26,806 bases of DNA from Candidatus Nitrosotenuis sp. (GTDB lineage Archaea > Thermoproteota > Nitrososphaeria > Nitrososphaerales > Nitrosopumilaceae), in NCBI GenBank assembly GCA_035575435.1, contig DATLXX010000001.1, forward strand, positions 30,001 through 56,806, written 5' to 3'. The notes below the pieces were generated by a model that worked only from the letters and a program-made list of their open reading frames with translations, was not told where the DNA came from and did not search any database. Below, piece after piece: positions 22,780 to 26,806 of this stretch; the first letter of the stretch is position 1, and each line of letters begins with the position of its first letter. A program made the position numbers and the translations under genes.

Positions 22780-23676
22780 GTGAAGGTTTTTTTCGTGTTG
22801 GCGTTGTTGTTTTTGTGTGCTGGGATGGTGCACTCCGCAAGTGCGCACAAATCCGAGGTTTTTGGCGACTATAAAATCGAAGTTGGTTGGGACAAAGAGC
22901 CGCCTTTGGTAAATGTAGACAACAAGATAACAATCAAGGTCACGTACGCTTTCCCAGATGAAAAAGCACAAGATTCCGGCAAAGTTTTGCCGCAGTACCA
23001 CGGCAAGGGGGTAACAAACCTTGAGAGAGATCTTGACGTATCAGTTACTGTGAGTGGTCAAAAGTCGGATCTTGAAATCAAAGAGGATAAAGAAGAGACA
23101 GGCCTGTATTATGCAGAGTACACTCCTGTTGTAGATGGATATCCGGTGGTGCACATGGTTGCGGCCATAGGCGATACCCACATAGAGACAGACTTTCATC
23201 CAGAAAGAATCGAGGATGGTGCAATAATTAAGACAGCTACTGCAGATGGCACACTAAATGCAATCATGCTTGTTACTGCGCCGGAGCAGAACCGAAGGAT
23301 GCTGATCATGATCCAATTCACAGATAAAGAGGGCAAGCTGGTAGAAGGAGTCAACTACGACATGACTGTAATGCAGGGAGATCAGGTAATACTCTCAAAG
23401 GAAAACCTCCACTCTAATGACGGGACTGCCAAGCACGTAACCGAAGTCGTCCAGTCTGATCAGCCGGCCGACATCAGCCTCATCATACTTGGGATAGGCT
23501 CACTTGATGAGCCGCAGAATTGGACTGGACCCATAGGGAATATGAAAATACACGTAGTACCAGAGTTTGGGCAGACTGGAATCATTTTAGCAATAGTCGT
23601 TGGGATTTTTGTGATGATGTCAAGATTTCCAAAACTCACGGCAAAATTGAACAATATGAAAAGAAGCTCAACCTGA
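22780..23676 (+). CDS. Exported two-domain protein with PEFG-CTERM-type sorting signal
   Basis: The C-terminus VVPEFGQTGIILAIVVGIFVMMSRFPKL is a PEFG motif plus TM helix plus basic tail. A GTG at 22780 gives a classical signal peptide (M)KVFFVLALLFLCAGMVHSASA|HK. The track ORF starts at 22687, overlapping the DsbA gene, with non-signal-like residues. Confidence 0.8.
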   Translation: MKVFFVLALLFLCAGMVHSASAHKSEVFGDYKIEVGWDKEPPLVNVDNKITIKVTYAFPDEKAQDSGKVLPQYHGKGVTNLERDLDVSVTVSGQKSDLEIKEDKEETGLYYAEYTPVVDGYPVVHMVAAIGDTHIETDFHPERIEDGAIIKTATADGTLNAIMLVTAPEQNRRMLIMIQFTDKEGKLVEGVNYDMTVMQGDQVILSKENLHSNDGTAKHVTEVVQSDQPADISLIILGIGSLDEPQNWTGPIGNMKIHVVPEFGQTGIILAIVVGIFVMMSRFPKLTAKLNNMKRSST

Positions 23677-23853
23677 ATTCAGACAAAAAAAGGCTTTGGC
23701 TGTCTGAGCTGAAATCGTTAAATGATAACAGATGTTGCGATTCTGTGCCTATTCCGGCTGATGTGGTCGCAGACCTGATAGCAAAAGAGGAGTTGGAATG
23801 GTACGAAGATGAAAAGTATGAGCCTGAAAGCGAGTTGTAATTTTACCAACTGA

Positions 23854-24672
23854 TCATGGTGTACTCGTAGCATTTGGTGAAATTCTGTTGGGCGTTACAG
23901 CAAACAGAAATGTCTCGGTCGTGTATGTTTGTTGTGAGCCACCATAATCTGCATTTATTGAGACTTTGTATTTACCCGGAAAGGAAATGTTCTCTGGGAA
24001 AAAATTTTTGCCGTGCCAGAATCCGTTATTTGTAGTCTGACCAAGAACTTCATATTTTTTCCCGTTTGGGTCTTCAAGCGTAAGAACAAGATTCACATTA
24101 TTTATGGCTCCGTCAAAATCATCAAATTTTGGATTTGGGTTTACAGTTTTATCAAATACTTTAACATATACATCATAGTTTTCATTCCAATAGTTCTGCA
24201 AATCCTGTCTAACTAGGATTATCAATTGTTTTTTCTGTGTTGGTTCACTAACTGATGGAGATTTTGTAGCTTTGCTTTCTTGAGAAGATTTGATGTTTTG
24301 TAATTCGGCATTAAGCTCGGTCTTGACAAAATTCTCACCATCCCATTCGTATAATTTTATCAAAAAACTGCTTTCTGTCATACGATTTCCAACAAGATAC
24401 CACCCTTCAGATGGTATTGATGCAATGAAATGGTTACCGTATATTCTAGCCGGAATATCGGAAAGAACAATTGGAGCTAGACCAATAACAAATCCACGAT
24501 CTATTAACAGGCCATGGTTAATGCCAACTGTTTCATTAGAAAATTTGATATTGAATTGTTCTCCGTTAATGGTTTTTAATTCCATGTTTTTATAGCTGAC
24601 ATGATGTGCCCAAACATTTGAAAACGCTACACTTGCTACTAAAAGCAAAATGGTTAAAATTATCAGTTTCAT
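23854..24672 (-). CDS. Secreted two-domain hypothetical protein, 272 aa, in a low-GC segment
   Basis: Signal peptide MKLIILTILLLVASVAFSNVWA|HH, with an S/T/K/Q-rich linker (SSQESKATKSPSVSEPTQKK) between two beta-rich halves. No family recognised. Confidence 0.7.
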   Translation of the reverse strand: MKLIILTILLLVASVAFSNVWAHHVSYKNMELKTINGEQFNIKFSNETVGINHGLLIDRGFVIGLAPIVLSDIPARIYGNHFIASIPSEGWYLVGNRMTESSFLIKLYEWDGENFVKTELNAELQNIKSSQESKATKSPSVSEPTQKKQLIILVRQDLQNYWNENYDVYVKVFDKTVNPNPKFDDFDGAINNVNLVLTLEDPNGKKYEVLGQTTNNGFWHGKNFFPENISFPGKYKVSINADYGGSQQTYTTETFLFAVTPNRISPNATSTP

Positions 24673-24806
24673 GCATTACAAATTTCATACTCAAAATATT
24701 TAACATTACGCTGATTCTTTTGTGTCATAGTTTAGGAGGGATTTTTACAATTTAGAACTTTACGTCAACCACATGTTTTCAGGCACAAAGAGGAGGTAAA
24801 TCATTT

Positions 24807-26806
24807 TTACTCTTTGTCGATAAATTCATCAGCTGATGGCGGCTCTGGCGCAAGTCCCTTTCTCTTGCGAATCTCTGCAATCAGAGTCGCCTGAATCGAC
24901 TTGGGCATCGGAGTCCACGCCTTAAAGTGTGTGTTCCACATTGCTTTTCCTGCAGTCTGACCCCTCATCGCCTCAGACAGATCAAACGTCTCAGATGCCG
25001 GTATCTCACCAGTCACTATGCTGGTCACTCCCTTTTGCTGCATGTCAAGGACCTTGCCCCTCTTGCCTGAGAGCACCGTGGCCACATTTCCTATCATTTC
25101 CTGTGGTACACGAACCTCGATCCCAAGCATCGGCTCAAGCAGAATTGGCTGCGCCTTGAGCATCGCACCCATGCACGCACGCCTTGCAGCTGGGCTCAGC
25201 TGTGACAGCCCTCTGTGCGCCGGGTCCTCGTGGGGAACAAAGTGAGTAAACGTAAATTTGCAGTTTCTGACCTGTTCTTTTGCAAGAGGTCCTTCCTTCA
25301 TCACCTCTTCGAATCCAGATAAAATTGAATCCGTTGACTCCTGGATGAACTGCACACCTTTTGTGCCGTTAATGAGCACGTTTCCGCGCGGATCAAACCT
25401 CATGACGCTCTTTGCAATGTCCGAGTCCCACCCCTTTGAGCGCAAAATTGCGGCCATCTCTTTTTTGTCCTTCATTTCGGACAGCTGCCCTGACCTTATC
25501 ATGTCGGCAATCTCCGGCTCAAGGGGCTCCACCTTCATGAATATCTTGTTGTGCCTGTTTGGTGATTTCGACATGACCACATCGGAGCTTCCCTGTATGG
25601 TCTCCCTGTAGTTGATAAGCGGCGGCGAAGTGACAATCTGCACCCCAGCGTCTGCAATAAGCGATGTTGCAATCTCAAGGTGCAGCACGCCCATTCCAGC
25701 AATCACAGTCTCGCCGCTTTCCTCGTTTATCTTTACCACCAAGTTTGGATCTTCTATTGTGAGCCTGCGCAGGGCCTCGACCAGCTTTGGCAGATCCTTT
25801 GGATGCTTTGGCTCAACTGCAATCTGGACCACCGGCTCAGACACATACTGTATTCCTTCAAAGAGCGCAACATCCTTTACCGAAGCCAAAGTCTGTCCTG
25901 CCCTTGCCTCATTTAGCCCAAGCAGCGCAGGTATGTTGCCAGCTCCAAGCTCGCCGACCATCTCCCTCTGATTCCCCATGAAAAAGTTCACAGACTGGAT
26001 CTTGCCTTCCCGTTTTGTGTCAATCAAATAGACCTGCTGGCCGTCCTTTAGTGTTCCAGAAAACAGCCTCCCAATTGCCACAGGCCCTGCGGCCGGATCC
26101 ATTGCCATGTTGACTATCATCATCACGGCAGGCCCATTGTCGTCACAGTTGAGAATCGCCTTGCCAATATCTGAATTCAAGTCGCCCTTCCAGATTTTTG
26201 GAATTCTGTATTTTTGGGCAACGTGTGGTGGCGGGTGGTGCTTTACGACCATTCCGAGCACGGCCTCTGCAAGCGGGGCCCTTTTTGCAAGCTCGTCTAC
26301 GTTGCCGCCGTCCTGGTATGCCGCATAAATGTCCTTAAATGAGATCCCTTTTTCCTTCATCACATCAATGTTAAAGCCCCATCTGTCCTTTGCAGAGCCA
26401 AACGATACGCTTCCGTCCTGAATCGAGACCTTCCACTTGTCTCGGTATTCCGGCTCCGCATAGGTGTCAATCAATCCATTAAAAGTAGTTATGATGTTTG
26501 CAAGCCATTCCTGCATTTTTTCTGGAGTCAGCCTCAGCTCCTTGATGAGCCTGTCGATTTTGTTGATGTACAGTACTGGCCGCACCCTCTCCTCCAGTGC
26601 CTGCCTTGTTACAGTCTCAGTCTGGGTCATTATGCCCTCCACCGAGTCCGAGACCACGACTGCGCCGTCGATAGCCCTCAGGCTTCTTGTCACGCGTCCG
26701 GTAAAGTCGATGTGTCCTGGTGTGTCAATCATATTTATGACGTATTCCTTTCCACCCTTCTCAAAAAGCAGAGTCACGTTTGCCTGCACTATTGTCATCT
26801 GTCTGT
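24807..26806 (-). CDS. fusA: Archaeal translation elongation factor 2 (aEF-2), lacking its N-terminal G1 region, which lies beyond the right edge
   Basis: DTPGHIDF (G3), NKIDRL (G4) and the diphthamide-loop region HEDPAHRG. The reading frame stays open to the window edge upstream of the track's internal Met at 26798. Confidence 0.95.
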   Translation of the reverse strand, partial: RQMTIVQANVTLLFEKGGKEYVINMIDTPGHIDFTGRVTRSLRAIDGAVVVSDSVEGIMTQTETVTRQALEERVRPVLYINKIDRLIKELRLTPEKMQEWLANIITTFNGLIDTYAEPEYRDKWKVSIQDGSVSFGSAKDRWGFNIDVMKEKGISFKDIYAAYQDGGNVDELAKRAPLAEAVLGMVVKHHPPPHVAQKYRIPKIWKGDLNSDIGKAILNCDDNGPAVMMIVNMAMDPAAGPVAIGRLFSGTLKDGQQVYLIDTKREGKIQSVNFFMGNQREMVGELGAGNIPALLGLNEARAGQTLASVKDVALFEGIQYVSEPVVQIAVEPKHPKDLPKLVEALRRLTIEDPNLVVKINEESGETVIAGMGVLHLEIATSLIADAGVQIVTSPPLINYRETIQGSSDVVMSKSPNRHNKIFMKVEPLEPEIADMIRSGQLSEMKDKKEMAAILRSKGWDSDIAKSVMRFDPRGNVLINGTKGVQFIQESTDSILSGFEEVMKEGPLAKEQVRNCKFTFTHFVPHEDPAHRGLSQLSPAARRACMGAMLKAQPILLEPMLGIEVRVPQEMIGNVATVLSGKRGKVLDMQQKGVTSIVTGEIPASETFDLSEAMRGQTAGKAMWNTHFKAWTPMPKSIQATLIAEIRKRKGLAPEPPSADEFIDKE

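Noticed and set aside
23520-23840. 106-aa ORF spanning the end of the PEFG-CTERM gene and the following spacer
   Set aside because: Its only ATG lies 157 nt inside the upstream gene in another frame. The non-overlapping part (23677-23840) has no start codon. The acidic tail (EELEWYEDEKYEPESEL) is protein-like, so a degraded or non-ATG gene cannot be excluded, but I cannot support it.
1-26806. Search for canonical mobile or defence hallmarks: CRISPR repeats, cas genes, restriction-modification, integrase/transposase, terminal inverted repeats, tRNA integration sites, large ATPase/helicase/reverse transcriptase genes
   Set aside because: I could recognise none on either strand. The only methyltransferase is a small-molecule O-methyltransferase type, and the nucleases present are a secreted SNase and a BFN-domain protein. 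If there is a novel system here, it is not of the familiar defence-island kind.

Overview
The window reads as a compact chromosomal segment of an ammonia-oxidiser-type thaumarchaeon (Nitrososphaeria, Nitrosopumilales-like). Supporting this: archaeal EF-2, archaeal PurP, split purL/purQ/purS, TatAC, a PEFG-CTERM-type sorting signal, and TATA-like boxes about 25-30 nt upstream of start codons. No amo genes are present, so the taxon call is inference. From 1 to 7 kb the genes are mostly housekeeping: purL (partial), purQ, a CBS-pair protein, purS, tatC, tatA, ubiX plus a START/SRPBCC protein, purP and a BFN-type nuclease. From 7 to 14.4 kb there is a soluble histidine kinase with a stand-alone receiver, a Cys-motif polytopic membrane protein, and a PIN-like small protein with small neighbours. 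The same stretch holds an O-methyltransferase, a 518-aa coiled-coil protein, a 2H phosphoesterase and a cupin. From 14.4 to 24.7 kb nearly every substantial gene encodes an exported or surface protein: a metzincin, a 12-Cys SNase nuclease, a 1080-aa protein with 8 FN3 domains, an anchored DsbA-like oxidoreductase, a PEFG-CTERM protein and others. The right edge is EF-2 (partial). I recognised no rRNA, tRNA, CRISPR array, transposase, integrase or canonical defence hallmark. The best candidate for something undescribed is the exported-protein locus, especially the nuclease-protease operon divergent from the FN3 giant with DsbA and the PEFG-CTERM protein downstream. That case rests on context, not on demonstration. 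All family calls come from motifs I read in the translations, not from database searches.
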